The notes: generated from the sequence alone by a model not told the origin. Numbered from the stretch's first letter, positions 25,396 to 39,386 are shown. The stretch is 64,000 bases of DNA from Chara braunii (GCA_003427395.1 BFEA01000014.1:5394470-5458469), one strand, 5' to 3'. Translations and numbers: made by a program.

Positions 25396-26225
25396 ATGAG
25401 CCAAATAGGCTGAATATAAATCGACACCAGGGCCCTAAAGGCCAAAGAATACCTAGACCAATGTCCTAAGTCGAAAACGGATGTGGCACAATCTCACGTG
25501 CCCTGTACACAATGCACAATACCTGAACAAAAGAGAAGGGAACTCAGTCGCATGGCAGGGGTAGGAATGGGTGGGAAGGCGGTAGGTACAACTCTCAGAG
25601 TAAACTCCAAGGGGGCACCCACACAACCAGGTAAGGTTCATCACGCTCAGAGGGAGAGTAACAACACGACACCTGGCTCAATGGAAACCATCAAACGGGT
25701 ACCGCCAGCTGAAAGGGGAAGGGCACTCACACAAGGGAGCACACATAAGGTGAGCCTGGAAGGGGAGAGAGGCTATGCCGCCATAGACATGTGGCCAAAA
25801 GCCGCGAGCAAAGAAAACGTACACTCCAAAGGAGAGCGCGCAGCATAAGGTAAGGCAGAAGGGCGGCAAACAGACACACCCACATAGACAGGGAAAATAG
25901 GGGTCATCATGCAACTGGAGGGTAACTCGAGGGTAAGGATACATGGGGATGATGGGAACTCCGTAGCCGAAAAAGTGAAGTAGTCCAACTGACGAGTCTC
26001 CAAACAGGAGTCGAGTCGAAGTAGCCAGGATGAAGTAGGAGTAATGCAGAAACCGAGTAGAAGTCCGGAACGATGCGAGATGTACTCTGGTACTGAAGAG
26101 AAGCACTGAGATCGGAAGTCGGTGTAGAAGCCGAATGTAGAAGCCGAATGTAGAAGCTGAAACCAGGAGCTGCTGCATAAGTGTCCAGGAGTGGTAAAAG
26201 ATAGAGAGCGTATGGGGGATATAGA

Positions 26226-27990
26226 TCAGTCACGATAACGAGAAGGAAGTCGATGGGTCCGATGAGGGCGCGAGGACTCGACTGCAACAACAGGCGAAAC
26301 CACATCCACAGGGGAAGGAGGACCTAAGGCGGGTACCGGTGGAGCAGGAGGACCCATCGATGGAGGAGGGGGAATGTTAGTGGTCGCAGAGGTAGATGGG
26401 TCAGTAGTAGAAGGAAGAGAAGTAGAGGAGGAGGATGATGAAGGGAAAGGATGAACACGATCGTAAGCACGCATGAAAGTCATGGCATGCTTCAGATGCT
26501 CAAGAGGCTCCCATGTAGACTCCTCGTCAGGGTAACCCTTCCATCGAACGAGGTACTCGAGGCGGGGAGGGTCACCATCAGTCATACACCGGGACACAAT
26601 ATAAGAGACGACAAACTCCTTGTGACCTTCAATGATGATGGGAGAAGGACGAGGGTAAGGTCGACCATGAAACTCGGGAGGAGACCATCTGAAGGGGGGC
26701 AAAAGAGATACATGGAACACGTCATGTAAGTTAGCGCGGTACATCGAATCGGGGAGCTTCAATTTGAAGCTCACCTACAATCATGATTGGGTCCGACGGG
26801 TGCAAGAATGGTGCATGGTCCAATATATCGATGTTTGAATTTCCGAAGCGTGTCAGCTTCGGGCTGGAAGTGACGTGCGTCGACAAGAACCTCGTCGCCA
26901 ACTTTGAGGGGATGGTCGATGCGAGAGCGGTTAGCGCGAGTGGCCATGTGAGCCTGAGAGTCAGCAATGCTCTCACGAGCCTTGCTAAGAAGCGCATCCA
27001 TCTCCTTTACCCAGTCATCGAGGGCAGGGCATTTGGTTTCGAAATGGATCTCAGATGGACGAAGAAGATCAGATGGGACACGAGGATGGTATCCCAAGTC
27101 ACAGTAGTAGGGAGACATGCCAGTGGCAGGTGAAATAGCATGGTTATAAGCAATCTCTGCATGAGCAAGGTGGAGATCCCAATCAGAGTCATTCTCAACA
27201 AACTTCTTGAGGATACTCCCAAGAGTTTTCTTGGTGACCTTGGTCTGTCCATCTTACTGGGGTGATAGGAGGAGGAAAGACGGAGCTCGGAGCCATAGAT
27301 CTCATGGAGTCCATGCCAGAAATGAGAAGTAAAGTGGGGATCGCGATCAAAGACGATGCTAGTAGGAAGACCGTGATGAATGGCAATGCGGGTAAAGTAT
27401 AAGGAGGCGATGTCTTTGGCGGGACTAGCATATTTGCAAGGGAGAAAGTGAGCATGCTTAGTCAACCGATAGACAACGACGAAGATGGCGTCGTGGCCTC
27501 GTGGGGTAGGGGGGCGAAGAGGACCGATGAAGTCCATGGAGACAGAAGTCCAATGCTGAGTGGGAATGGGTAAGGGCTGAAGAAGACCGTAGGGGGGGTG
27601 GTTGGGAATGTTGGCCTCTTGGCAGATCTTGCAGGTGCGGACGTACTCCTTAGTGAAGGGACGACAATGCTCCCAGTAGTAATGGCTGTACAGGCGGTCA
27701 AGTGTCTTGAAGACATCGATGTCAGGCAGTGCGCTAGTCATGACACTCAGCGACAGCCCGAACGCGGAGCCGGCCAGTAGAGGGCACACATAAGCAAGGA
27801 GTACAAGTACCTTGGCGACCAAGCCAGTAAAGGAGTCCACAGGGATCGAGTTGCAAGTTAGGGACGAACTTGCCAGCCTGTAGGTCAGCATAGATGGACT
27901 GAAACTCAGGGCACGGGGTGTATGCGTAGCAGTACTCATCCAGGAAGGCGGGGTGAATGGTGGGAGCTGAAATAGCAGATAGCTGACGAT
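26226..27990 (-). pseudogene. pol: pol: integrase with GPY/F motif and C-terminal chromodomain
   Basis: HHCC-type region (YVRTCKICQ), LQPLPIP..WTSVSMDFI, GLPTSIVFDRDPHFTS, RYIGPC, HDVFHVSLL, and chromodomain EYLVRWKGYPDEESTWEP. Confidence 0.92.
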
Positions 27991-30300
27991 CCTCGCACTG
28001 AAGGTCGGGGCGGCGGGATAAGGCATCTGCGACGCGATTGCTTTCGCTGTAAATCTTCTTGATGGTCAAGTCGAACTTTGAGAGATCACGCCACCAACGA
28101 GCCTGGCAAGAAGTGAGCTTAGGCTTTGTCTGTAAGGCGGCGAGGACAGAATTGTCCGTCAAAACCGTGAAAGTTTGACCGTGCAAGTGATGACGCCACT
28201 TCTTAACAGCGTAGAACAGCGCAAGGACCTCACGATCGTCGGCAGTATAGTTACGCTCAGCGGGAAGTAGCTATCGAGATAGATAAGCAACCATACACTC
28301 TCCATCGCGAGACTCGACTGTACCGTCATTAGCGACTTCAGGGATATAAGGGGGTGGGGCCCCTGCGGGGGTGGGCTGGATGGGTGCAAGATGAGCCACA
28401 GTCGCTGGAGGTGGAGGAGGGAAGAGAGGAATGCGAGGGAGGCAGGACTCTGTGGAATCGGGAGAAGTAGAAGGGGCTGGGTAGATCTGGAAGAGAACAA
28501 CTCGAATAGCGAAGTCGGACGCATCGGTGGTGACGATGAATGGACGTGAGTAGTCGGGTAAGTGTAAGACAGGAGTTGATGTGACAAGTCGCTTGAGAGA
28601 GCGGAAAGCATCCTCATGAGCCGGGGTCAAATGAAAAGGGAGACGTCCGCGGGTCAAAGGGGTAAGCTGGGAAGAATACTGCGCGTAGTTTTTGAGAAAG
28701 GGACTATAGTAGCTGGTCAAACCAAAAAAATTGCGCAGGGCGGGGAGAGATGTGGGGGTAGGCCAATTGACGATGGCCTGGATCTTCGAGTCGTCCATGT
28801 GGAGGCCGTGCTCGGATACCTGATGCCCGAGGAAGTCGACTTTGGGTTGAGCAAAGTTGCATTTGGAAAGCTTTGCATAAAACCCGTGGTCGCGTAGTCG
28901 CTGCAGGACAGTGCAAAGGTGGATCAGATGCTCCTCTAAGGTACGACTGTAGATCAGGATGTCATAAATGCAGACTAGAACAGAGTCCTCAAGGAGGTCT
29001 TGGAACCTGGTGTTCATAGCCGTCTGGAAAGTGGCGAGGGCATTACGGAGACCGAAAGGCATGACGGTAAACTCATAGTGCCCGAATCGAGAACGAAAAG
29101 CAGTCTTGGGCTGGTCCTCCTCGGCTACACGGATCTGGTGATATCCGCTACGAAGATCGATCTTCGTGAAGAAATGGTGGCCGGCGAGGCGGTCAAACAG
29201 ATCATCCGCACGAGGCATGGGATAGCTGTTTTTGACCATGTAGTGGTTGAGACCGCGGTAGTCAATACAGAGACGAAGGGTGTCGTCCTTCTTGTGATCG
29301 AAGAGGACCGGGGCACTCCATGGGGAAGTACTCGGTTTAATGAAAGCCCTGACCAAGCAGCTCCTCAAGTTGGCGCTCGAGTTCCTGGCTTCGGGAACCG
29401 AAAGGCGATATGGGGCGCGATTCTGAATGTGATAGTTGGGTTCAAGCTGGATGTGGTGCTCGATATCGCGCATGGGAGGGATAATGTTGTAAGAGACAGA
29501 TGGTGGGAAGACATCACGATACTCGCGAAGGAGGGCACCAACGCTAGGCGGCAAGGAAGAGAGAAGGGTGTCAAATTCCTTGGCAGCGGCGGCGTATGAA
29601 GCAAAGGTAGAGGGAGTCTGTGTGGAGGTAGGGAGTGAGGGTGTATCCGTGGTAAGGGAAGCGAGGAAGTGAGATGGGCTAGCAGGGGTAGAGGAGGATA
29701 AGGGAGTTGAGGAATCAGGAGGGTCGGGGGGCTCGGGAGGTGGTGGATCGAGCTCGACCAACTCAACGTCCTGATGCATGGAGTTGGAGGTGAGGAGATC
29801 CGTGATGTCGACAACATAAAGTTCTCCATCAAGCTCACGAAGGAGGTGGTGGAACTGGGTAGGTGTACAAATGGTGACATTAACAGGGGGGGGAAGTGTA
29901 GAGTCCGATTTGCCCAACAACGAAATACAATATTGCTTCCCATCCTTGGCGTCGAGGATGATATCGTTGTGGGTCCAATCGGGGCCGGCATGGCGAACTG
30001 ATGGGAGTAGGCAGTGCCAAGAACAAGATCATATAGGGTTTCCATGACATCAAAGGTCCACTTGTCATGGAACCGAGGGGCCTTGCGAAGGTTGAGGGGC
30101 ATCCGCAAGGGGAAGGAGAATGGAAGATCAGGCACCACCGAATCGACGAAGGATTTGGCCTGATTGTCGCCAAGCGTGACAGTGACAGTGGAAGGGTAGG
30201 CGGATATATAGAGAGATGCCTCCTTAACTACGCGAGGATGAATAAAGTCACCAGTAGAGCCAGAGTCCCATAGTGCGTGATACACTCTAGTAGAGGTCTC
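27990..30300 (-). pseudogene. pol: pol: aspartic protease, reverse transcriptase, RNase H
   Basis: Protease ALWDSGSTGDFI (about 30275-30240). RT motifs SPWSAPVLF, LRLCIDYRGLN, KIDLRSGYHQIR, YEFTVMPFGL. The catalytic YLDD has decayed to CIYD. RNase H IVTTDASDFA...FTVLTDN. Confidence 0.93.
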
Positions 30301-31499
30301 GAGGCGTACTGGAATAATCGGTAAGGTGCGATCGGGATTGTGTAGGCACTGAGACATCGCGGACAGGGTGCGNNNNNNNNNNNNNNNNNNNNNNNNNNNN
30401 NNNNNNNNNNNNNNNNNNNNNNNNNNNNNNNNNNNNNNNNNNNNNNNNNNNNNNNNNNNNNNNNNNNNNNNNNNNNNNNNNNNNNNNNNNNNNNNNNNNN
30501 NNNNNNNNNNNNNNNNNNNNNNNNNNNNNNNNNNNNNNNNNNNNNNNNNNNNNNNNNNNNNNNNNNNNNNNNNNNNNNNNNNNNNNNNNNNNNNNNNNNN
30601 NNNNNNNNNNNNNNNNNNNNNNNNNNNNNNNNNNNNNNNNNNNNNNNNNNNNNNNNNNNNNNNNNNNNNNNNNNNNNNNNNNNNNNNNNNNNNNNNNNNN
30701 NNNNNNNNNNNNNNNNNNNNNNNNNNNNNNNNNNNNNNNNNNNNNNNNNNNNNNNNNNNNNNNNNNNNNNNNNNNNNNNNNNNNNNNNNNNNTGCGCTCT
30801 TTAAGGCGGAGACGTTCCTCGTGGACCTTAACACACTCAAGGTCCAGGAAGTCAATGATATCCTCGGCTGCAATAAGGGAAGCACTGCAGCGGGCCGTAC
30901 GAAGAGCACGCCTGGTAGGAGGACGTGGAGGGGGGGGGTCACGAGGGACGTTAGGCAAGGAAGGAGAAGGCATACTAGTGTCGATAGGGTCACCCAAAGA
31001 TAAGGTTGGACCAAAGTCATTGGGAAGAGTAGCAAGCGGTGCAAAGGTAGAGTTATGACGGGTATGCCAGCTACAGGAGAGTGAGGGGAATGGGACATCG
31101 CAGCTAGGTGGGTGCTGCGCTGGAGGTCGAGACGGGGGGAACAGCCTGTGGGCGAGCCTGTTGTGCGAAGTGACTCTGGAGGGCGTCTGCGTACGGGCAG
31201 GTAGAGGAGGTATGGCCGACGAGGCGGCAGCGGGTGCAAATGCCTCGTGTGAAGGTCCTCACTCTCAACGATGGTCAAGCGGCTAGGGGGGAACACAAAG
31301 CCCGCTGGGAGGGGTAGTTGAGTGACCGTAGAGCGAGTCCTAGAGGATGAGGGCTGACGTCGGAGGAGGGTGGAAAGGGCACGGACAAGATGGTCGTCAT
31401 GGGAAGAGGCGTCGTCCTCCGCGGGGGACTGAGGGTCGGGTCCCTGATCTGGGTCACTTGCAGAATGATCTGAGGCAGTGCCATCATCAATGCTCGACG

Positions 31500-33165
31500 G
31501 ATCACGAAGCAGCGCATGCAAGCGACGAGAGAGGAATCGTCCAGAACCTCTACGCGGGCCACGACGGCATGTGGAGGACTGTCGAGGCTGGGAGGGGCGA
31601 GGTGCTGCAGTAGTAGCGGAATGGGCAACTGAGGCGAGGGGCTGACGAGTGGAGCATAAGTGAGATGAATGAACCTAGCAATGTTGAAAGCCTCTGGTAA
31701 GGTGGAAATCGAGTATGCCAACATCTGCAACTGGAATGGTTGGGGTAGGCCTGCGCGAAATCGCTGGATCATGGTGTCCTCTGGTACGGCTGTGGCAGAA
31801 ATCTGAGCGCGTACACGGTGGAATGTCGTGATGTATGACTCTAAGGCTTGTCGCCACCAAGCCATCTGATCTCAGTCGCACGAGTAATCGGATCGCGGGT
31901 TGGCGCAGGGCAAGAAAAGTAAGGAAGTCGCGAAACTCGGGATAAGACATGCCCTCATGCACGTCGCGCTGTGAGCGAAGGGCGAGGAAGTCGCGCCAAG
32001 TGGAGGCTGCACGAACTGTAAAGCGAGAGGACATCTCGACGGGCCACAGTTCCATGGCGACACCATGGTAGCGAAGCTGCTCCTCAGCAGTAGTGATCCA
32101 TCCTTGGAGCTCGGAGGCCCTGCCGTCAAACTGTGGGAGGTGATCCCGTCGAAACTGTGGAACATACGTCGGGGGCCGATAATGGATAGGGAGAGGGAGA
32201 TCCGATTGTGACAAGAGGACAGAAGTAGTGGTACCATCAAGATTACTAGAAGAGCGGGAAGCTGGGGCAAAGGTCCCAAACACATTGTGGTGGCCGGTGG
32301 TGGGAGCGTGAAATGCATCGTAGCGGCCTGTGTCTGATGTTGTTGATAGATGAAAGGGGCGACAGGTTGTGCCGCGAGATGGGGAGGCATGGGTTGACCT
32401 CCTTGGAGCTGACGGATGTGATCATGGGCCAGGGTGAGCTGGCGTTGGCGCTTGGCATTCCGTGTCCTGGGTGTAAAGGGGGGTGGGGGGGGGGAGGGGG
32501 AAGGAGCGGGGGGTGATGAGGGAGGTGTTGGGGAAACTAACGTCAAGGAGGTGGCGGGACAAGATGCCATGGGTCTTGAGGGGGGGGGTTGCAGGGACGG
32601 GAACCTGGGACGAAGAGATGGCTGCAGAGGAAGGTTGGGACAGGGGTGAGGACATGCAACCCGTAGAAGAGACAAGCGTGTAGATGACGCCAGCCGAAGA
32701 AGGAGAGGAAGCTGGCATAGATGCAGATGAGGGGGGTGGGGAGGGAGGTGCACTGGTACAGGGCTCCAACTGTAACACGCGGGACGACAAGGATGAAAAG
32801 TCGATATGGGGGGTCGTGAATTTGACCTCTAATCTGGCCTCGAATCTAGCCTGCATGTTCTCGAGGAGAGTCACTAGGCGATCCGATTCGGCGGTTGGGC
32901 CCGAACTGGTGGCCATAGGGGTGGAAATGTGATCCGAATCGGCCATGGTATCGCGAGCTAGTAGCGCAAGCCATTCACTGATGGAGCGGGAGGGGCTCAC
33001 CGAATCTGCACTTTGCATGGAATCAACAGATGAAGAAGATGAAGATGATGTCGAGGGAGCACTGTGACGAGAGGAACGATCGGATCGGTGCGTTAAAGCG
33101 AGCGAGTCGATTGGCGGCACGAGCGTCTCGAGCGTGATTTTGGAGTGCGCGCTATTGGATGTCAC
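31500..33165 (-). pseudogene. gag: gag (frameshifted)
   Basis: LPQFDGRASELQGWITTAEEQL and LESYITTFHRVRAQI...MIQRFRAGLP resemble retrotransposon gag, split over ORFs 32422-33165, 31675-32283 and 31275-31865. Confidence 0.75.
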
Positions 33166-33984
33166 GGGGAGCCAGGCTGACAGGCAGAAAGGGGAGTAAG
33201 GGACTGCAAGAGGGAGGCGAGTAGAAATGAGGTCTAACGAACTTCTGAGATTAAATCAAGAAAATTAAAAATCGGATTGAGGGAGGAAAAGTAAAATTTC
33301 CAATCTGGGTGGGGGAATTGAGGAAATTTCCAAAGGATGACGTGGGGTATGGAAGAAGGTATGTATAACACAATCACGAGGTCAAAATAAAATTCCGAAA
33401 TTGTTTGGGCATAAATTCCGAATTTTAAGGAAATTGAAGCAAAATTCAACAAATTTGAAAAATATTCGTAAGAATTACCAAAAGTTCAGGGGGATGATAG
33501 AAGAGATAGAGATGAGTTGAGAGGAAAATTTTTGAAGTAGAATGGAAAATTCCTCAACATATTTTCGAAATTAAAAGAATTTCAAAGACAATTTGAAATA
33601 AAAGTAGAAAACTAATTCTTAAATTAAGAATGTACGATGAAATTTCATAAAGAATTAGTGATAGCCGCATAAAGTAAGTCGAGAGAAATTCCAAAATTAT
33701 AGATCAAATGACTAAAATTTATTGACTTGTTACAAGATTAAGATGAATTTCAAAAAAAAATTAAAAGAATTTCAAAAGAATTTCGAAGGAGTTTCAAAAA
33801 CAACGAAAGAATTTTGAAATTTTACAAGAGGTAGAAAATAGCCAGAAATTCAACATTGGAAGAATTCTTTGTAGTAAATTCCAAAATTTCTTTCACGAAT
33901 TTCTGAAATGAAATCGAATTTTGAAATTAAATAACGAAATGAATCAAGAAAGTAAAGAAATCTGCATAGCTTTTGAACAAAAAC

Positions 33985-34059
33985 GCCCTCAATAGGATGA
34001 GCAAAATCGAATGAATCTGGCGCTATAGCATGGGAATATACACTGCCATACTTGTTTTT

Positions 34060-34091
<32 letters not shown>

Positions 34092-34096
34092 CTGTG

Positions 34097-34143
<47 letters not shown>

Positions 34144-34246
34144 GCGGCTGGCCTCATGGTACTGCGCCCTCGATAGGATGAGCAAAATCGAATGAATATG
34201 GCGCTATAGCGTGGGAATATACACTGCCATACTTGTTTTTGTGTGA

Positions 34247-34280
<34 letters not shown>

Positions 34281-34530
34281 GAGAGATGGAGAGAGAGAGG
34301 TGCGGCGAATTCGCCGCGACCCTCCGTGCAGGTCGCCGCCTCTCTCTCTCTCTCTCTCTCTCATCGCGGCTAGCCTCATGGTACTGCGCCCTCCATAGCA
34401 TGAGCAAAATCGAATGAATCTAGCGCTATAGCATGGGAATATACACTGCCATACTTGTTTTTGTGTGAGTGTGTGTGTGTGTGAGAGAGAGAGAGGGGCA
34501 GCGAGGTAGCCGCCTCTCTCTCTCTCTCTC
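33985..34530. repeat. Three ~180-220-bp units, each a conserved block plus (GT)n(CT)n, upstream of gag
   Basis: atgagcaaaatcgaatgaat...gggaatatacactgccatacttgtttttgtgtgag x3. Confidence 0.92.
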
Positions 34531-34949
34531 TCTGAACCCATTTTTTATTTATTTATTTTTTTTCGTTTTTTTTTTTTTCGTTTTTTTCGTTTCTGTCGGC
34601 CTGCGCCCGGTAGTCCGAGAGAGGGGCAGCGAGGTCGCCTGCGCCCGATAGTCCGAGCCTCGGCACGGATAAGCGTACCGGTGGACCGAGGCCCGGACTC
34701 GATAGCTGGGCCAGGTACTGGTGGTTTAAAAGTAATTGACTGCAACATTATCAATCAGTGTTCTTATACACAGAGAGAGATGGGGATCTCCATCATCACA
34801 CCAGATGACGTTGCTACTTTCAACGAAGTCCTTTTATCTCTACCAGACCATTATCAGTGCCCCCCCCCCCCCCCTAACTCCTACGAGCATTCCAGAAGGC
34901 TTGGGGATTTCGAGCCATGTTAATGGATGGTTGCTGACTTTTGCCCCTA

Positions 34950-35157
34950 AATAACTGGGTACAGATAAGGGGCCACTTAACTATAGGGTGCAGACGAAGG
35001 GCCAGAAAATTACAGATGCAGCGGATAAGGCTGCACTAAATTACCATGTGTAGATAAGGGGTCACTAAATTACCATGTGCAGATAAGGGGCCACTAAATT
35101 ACCATGTGCAGATAACAGGGCACTAAATTACCGGGTGCGGATAAGGGGGCACTCAAT
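34950..35157. repeat. 29-30-bp tandem repeat, about 7 copies
   Basis: cagataaggggccactaaattaccatgtg. Confidence 0.88.
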
Positions 35158-36218
35158 TCCCTACTCGCAGTTAACGACCACCTGAAATTTCAGAATGAAA
35201 GATTCTGAAGTGGTCTGAAACCGTTGAAATGGCCTGAAGACACTTCAAGTCATTTCGGAAGTTTCGGGTGGTTTGCAGGACAAGTTTTATGTTTTTCTTT
35301 TTTTTTTTTCTACCTGTTTTTTCAGCCAATTCAAGTCATTTAAGGAATTTCAGGTGGGGATCTGAAACCGCTGAAGTGGCTGAAGTTTCTGCATGGGGGT
35401 TCGGGTACCCCCATCCAAATGGTTGAATGGGGGTACCTGAAACCCTTTTCAGAAGCTTCAACCACTTCATGTCATTTCAGGAATTTCAGGTGGGGACCTG
35501 AAACCGCTGAAGTGGCTGAAGCTTCTGAAAGGGGTTTCNNNNNNNNNNNNNNNNNNNNNNNNNNNNNNNNNNNNNNNNNNNNNNNNNNNNNNNNNNNNNN
35601 NNNNNNNNNNNNNNNNNNNNNNNNNNNNNNNNNNNNNNNNNNNNNNNNNNNNNNNNNNNNNNNNNNNNNNNNNNNNNNNNNNNNNNNNNNNNNNNNNNNN
35701 NNNNNNNNNNNNNNNNNNNNNNNNNNNNNNNNNNNNNNNNNNNNNNNNNNNNNNNNNNNNNNNNNNNNNNNNNNNNNNNNNNNNNNNNNNNNNNNNNNNN
35801 NNNNNNNNNNNNNNNNNNNNNNNNNNNNNNNNNNNNNNNNNNNNNNNNNNNNNNNNNNNNNNNNNNNNNNNNNNNNNNNNNNNNNNNNNNNNNNNNNNNN
35901 NNNNNNNNNNNNNNNNNNNNNNNNNNNNNNNNNNNNNNNNNNNNNNNNNNNNNNNNNNNNNNNNNNNNNNNNNNNNNNNNNNNNNNNNNNNNNNNNNNNN
36001 NNNNNNNNNNNNNNNNNNNNNNNNNNNNNNNNNNNNNNNNNNNNNNNNNNNNNNNNNNNNNNNNNNNNNNNNNNNNNNNNNNNNNNNNNNNNNNNNNNNN
36101 NNNNNNNNNNNNNNNNNNNNNNNNNNNNNNNNNNNNNNNNNNNNNNNNNNNNNNNNNNNNNNNNNNNNNNNNNNNNNNNNNNNNNNNNNNNCACACACAC
36201 ACACACACAGCGACCTCA

Positions 36219-36273
<55 letters not shown>

Positions 36274-37542
36274 GCAGCGACCTCATTCGCCATCGGAGTG
36301 GCTTCCATCAGAAGAAGAACAAGAAGAAGAAGAAGAAGAGGAGGAAGAAGAAGAAGAAGAAGAAGAAGAAGAAGAAGAAGAAGAAGAAGAAACGAAGGAG
36401 TAGGAGAGGAGGAAGAGGAAGAGGAAGAGCGACGACAAGAAGAAGAAGAAGAAGAAGAAGAAGAAGAAGAAGAAGAGTGACGACAAGAAGAAGAAGAAGA
36501 GGCGAAGGAGGAGGAGGAGAAGAAGACGAAGCAAGGGAGGAGAAGAAGAAGAATCTCTCTCTCTCTCTTAGTACCGTGCTCACCGTGGCGCGCGTCGGGG
36601 GCCGTCGGGGGGCGTCGGAGGGCGTCTGAAGGCAACGACGGGCAGCGCGATGGCGTCCGGGGGGCGTCGACAGCGTTGGCGGGCAGCACCTTCGTCGGCG
36701 ACGAGCAACGCAGCACTCGGACAAAGTGTGCGCGGGCAGCAGCACCTCGACGGCGAGTGCAACAACCAAGGCAGCAGTCGGTGGGAAGCAGTGTGGGGAA
36801 AAAAAAGGGCCGCCAAGCCCGATTTCAAAAATTTGAAATCGCGGCCTGTCTGGGCCGTCGATCTTGGTGATCGACGGCTCAGACGGACCCCGATTGGAAA
36901 TCTTTAAAATCGGGCCTACCGGCCCTTTTTTTTTTTTTTTTTTTCCATACACAGCCTCCTTCGGGCGGGACAAGCCCCCCCGCGACGAAAAAAAAAAAAA
37001 AAACCGTTGACGATGCGCTGCGGTCGCCCGATGGCCAACCGGGGGGGACGAATTGCCAGGCGGCCCGGCCCCCCGTCCGGGCGACGAGCCGGGCGCCGGG
37101 CGGCCCGGAGTTCAGCCTAGGTTTCAGGTAACCCCATCCCACCATTTGAAATGAATCTGTAGGCAATCTTAAAGTGGTGTATCAACCTGAAGTGGTTGAA
37201 CTGCCTGAAGGCGGTTTCAGACAACCCCATGTATAGATCCACACACAATCTGAAAGTGGTGTAGTAACCTAAAGGAGACCTTAAAATATATGCACCCGTT
37301 AACCATCTCTCAAATTCCCGGGTGCTGATAGGGGTCAATCGGGGACACAAATATAAATCCCCAAAAGGGTCTTTCACCCTCATTTCTCCAAAAGAAAAAA
37401 CTAGACTGCGCATCAGTGTCTGATTACTCAGATACAGAGATATAAGTGAAGATCTGAGGGCATACCCCCACTAGAACCTTATTTCCCCAAACTTTTTGGC
37501 ATTTGCGATCCGATTCCACGATTTGTGACTTTGCCCTGCCAC

Positions 37543-37653
37543 CTACCGTCGTCACCCGAAGACAACGTACGGTCATTATAGTTGTATTTGGGGTATCTTT
37601 CCGTCCAAATACAGCAATACTGACCATATGGTGTATTCGGGTGATGAAGGTAG
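37543..37653. mobile_element. MITE family A copy
   Basis: cTAccgtcgtcacccgaa...ttcgggtgatgaaggTAg. Confidence 0.85.
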
Positions 37654-38067
37654 TCACACTGCACCTGCATTCCGATGAGACACTGTCACAATGTTCTCCC
37701 GAAAATCACATCGCGCTTGTCTCCGTGGGTAGGCACACGACAACCGAGGGAATTGTTTTTTTTCTTCTTCTAGATTTTCTATTTTCTTGATTCATTTTTT
37801 GCCCTTTTTTTTTTTTTTTTGTCCACCAAGTTGTTACGGCGCACCGACTACAATGCAAGGAAAACAAGTGAAAGCGATAGACAGAAAACCAGATTGCAAT
37901 ATCACATTGAAAACCAGATATTCGTGTTACAGTACCAAGCACAAAGTACCATGCAGTAGCATACACCGAGATACAAGCCAAACAAGAGGAATGCAATGAG
38001 CTCATATATCAATGGCAGCCCCAAGTCGCCACCATCAACAATGTATCCACTGCCACCCTTCTGTTCT

Positions 38068-38750
38068 GGCGCCCAGCGCCATCACCTATTCTATAGCCTT
38101 CAATCTACGATGGCGATGAAACTAGGAAAACACCCCGGCCGAAGACCAAAGTACAAGATGTCGCCCATGCAGACCACCTCACTCACATCAGATAGTACAT
38201 CTTTTCTCCCTCTCTCCCTTGCCTGAAGACCTCTCTCTGCCCACTGGCATCCAGCAAATGCAACCTGGCAATGGTCGCCAGGCAGCGCTCTACCCAGGCG
38301 CCCGTGTGCAGAGTACAGCCCGCGACCTCCCTCCAGCAACCGACTCAGCAGCGCTTTTGCAAGGGAGCTCCAGACTGAACATCTGCAGCGGGCGTGGCCA
38401 CTTTCCTATATGGAAAGAGTTCAGTGTTGGGGCCCTCTAGCTTCACGTCACGACGACGGATCTGCTCCCAGGCCCAGATGCAGATTCTGGGCTGGGACTG
38501 GATTGGTTGAGGCTCCCCCAGCGCGCAACGTACCGTTTGCTGCACGCCGCATTCTCATTGACCAGCAGCCAGTGAGTGACACGGCGGCCTCCGGGCGCTG
38601 GTCCAGCCACATAGCCAAGTCGGGCAAAGATCGTGAGTACGCCCGCCAGGCCAGAGGTGACCGGCCCCGCACCCAACCAGGCCTTGTTCCTGAATGGGGT
38701 AGGGCGCAGGGGGAGGAGTCAAGGACCCTGCGAGGCCTCAATTCCTCGCA
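38068..38750 (+). repeat. Dispersed repeat family D, copy 3
   Basis: Shares the motifs listed for copy 1. Confidence 0.65.
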
Positions 38751-39275
38751 ACAATTCTCACCATCCCATAAATAGAAAGACATTTGCAATCACCTGCACA
38801 GGTGACACAAATTGTCTGCCGCCGACATTTGCGACCTTGTTAACTTTGCAATCACGTTGGTGTCTAAATGGGCTCTTTCCAAATTTGCAAAAACGGTGCT
38901 AAACCTTGTCAAAGTATGCCCTGAGTTTCCAGCCACGCATGACCCGTCCTCAACAGAGTGTACTACGTGAAAGTTTGAGAAACACACAAGGAACCAACTT
39001 GGTTTATCGACTACACGGCCCTTTGGCTCCCCCTTCCCCTAAACATAAACCACCACTACCTTAAGCCAGCGCTTTTTCTGACCCTGGAAACGCCCTGACA
39101 GTGGCACCACCAGCCAAATTGAATTTGCTCCGATAGCTTAACCCCCGAAATGAAATTCGCAGCACGTCAACAGCTGCGTACTAGGCGAAAAATGGTTGGG
39201 CGAGGTCCTGGCAGTTTAAACCAACTTGAAGCCCGTGTGTTTCCTAAAATAATGGCTTGTTAATGACACAGAACA

Positions 39276-39386
39276 CTACCGTCTTCACCCCAATAGAACG
39301 CCCGGTCATTATCGCTGCATCCGGACCAGAAGTTGTGCCAAATACAGCTATGATGACCGGGCGTTCTATTCAGGTGAAGATGGTAG
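39276..39386. mobile_element. MITE family A copy
   Basis: cTAccgtcttcacccc...caggtgaagatggTAg. Confidence 0.88.

Larger units (their letters stand above)
26226..33165 (-). mobile_element. Degenerate Ty3/gypsy chromovirus internal region (gag-PR-RT-RNaseH-INT-chromodomain)
   Basis: Domains appear in gypsy order across frameshifted ORFs, interrupted by a gap at 30373-30791 and multiple stops/frameshifts. LTRs not identified. Confidence 0.95.

Noticed and set aside
18866-38750. Family D copies 1 and 3 as the LTRs of the chromovirus
   Set aside because: Too diverged from each other, far from the coding ends, no TG..CA termini, and a third inverted copy lies between them.
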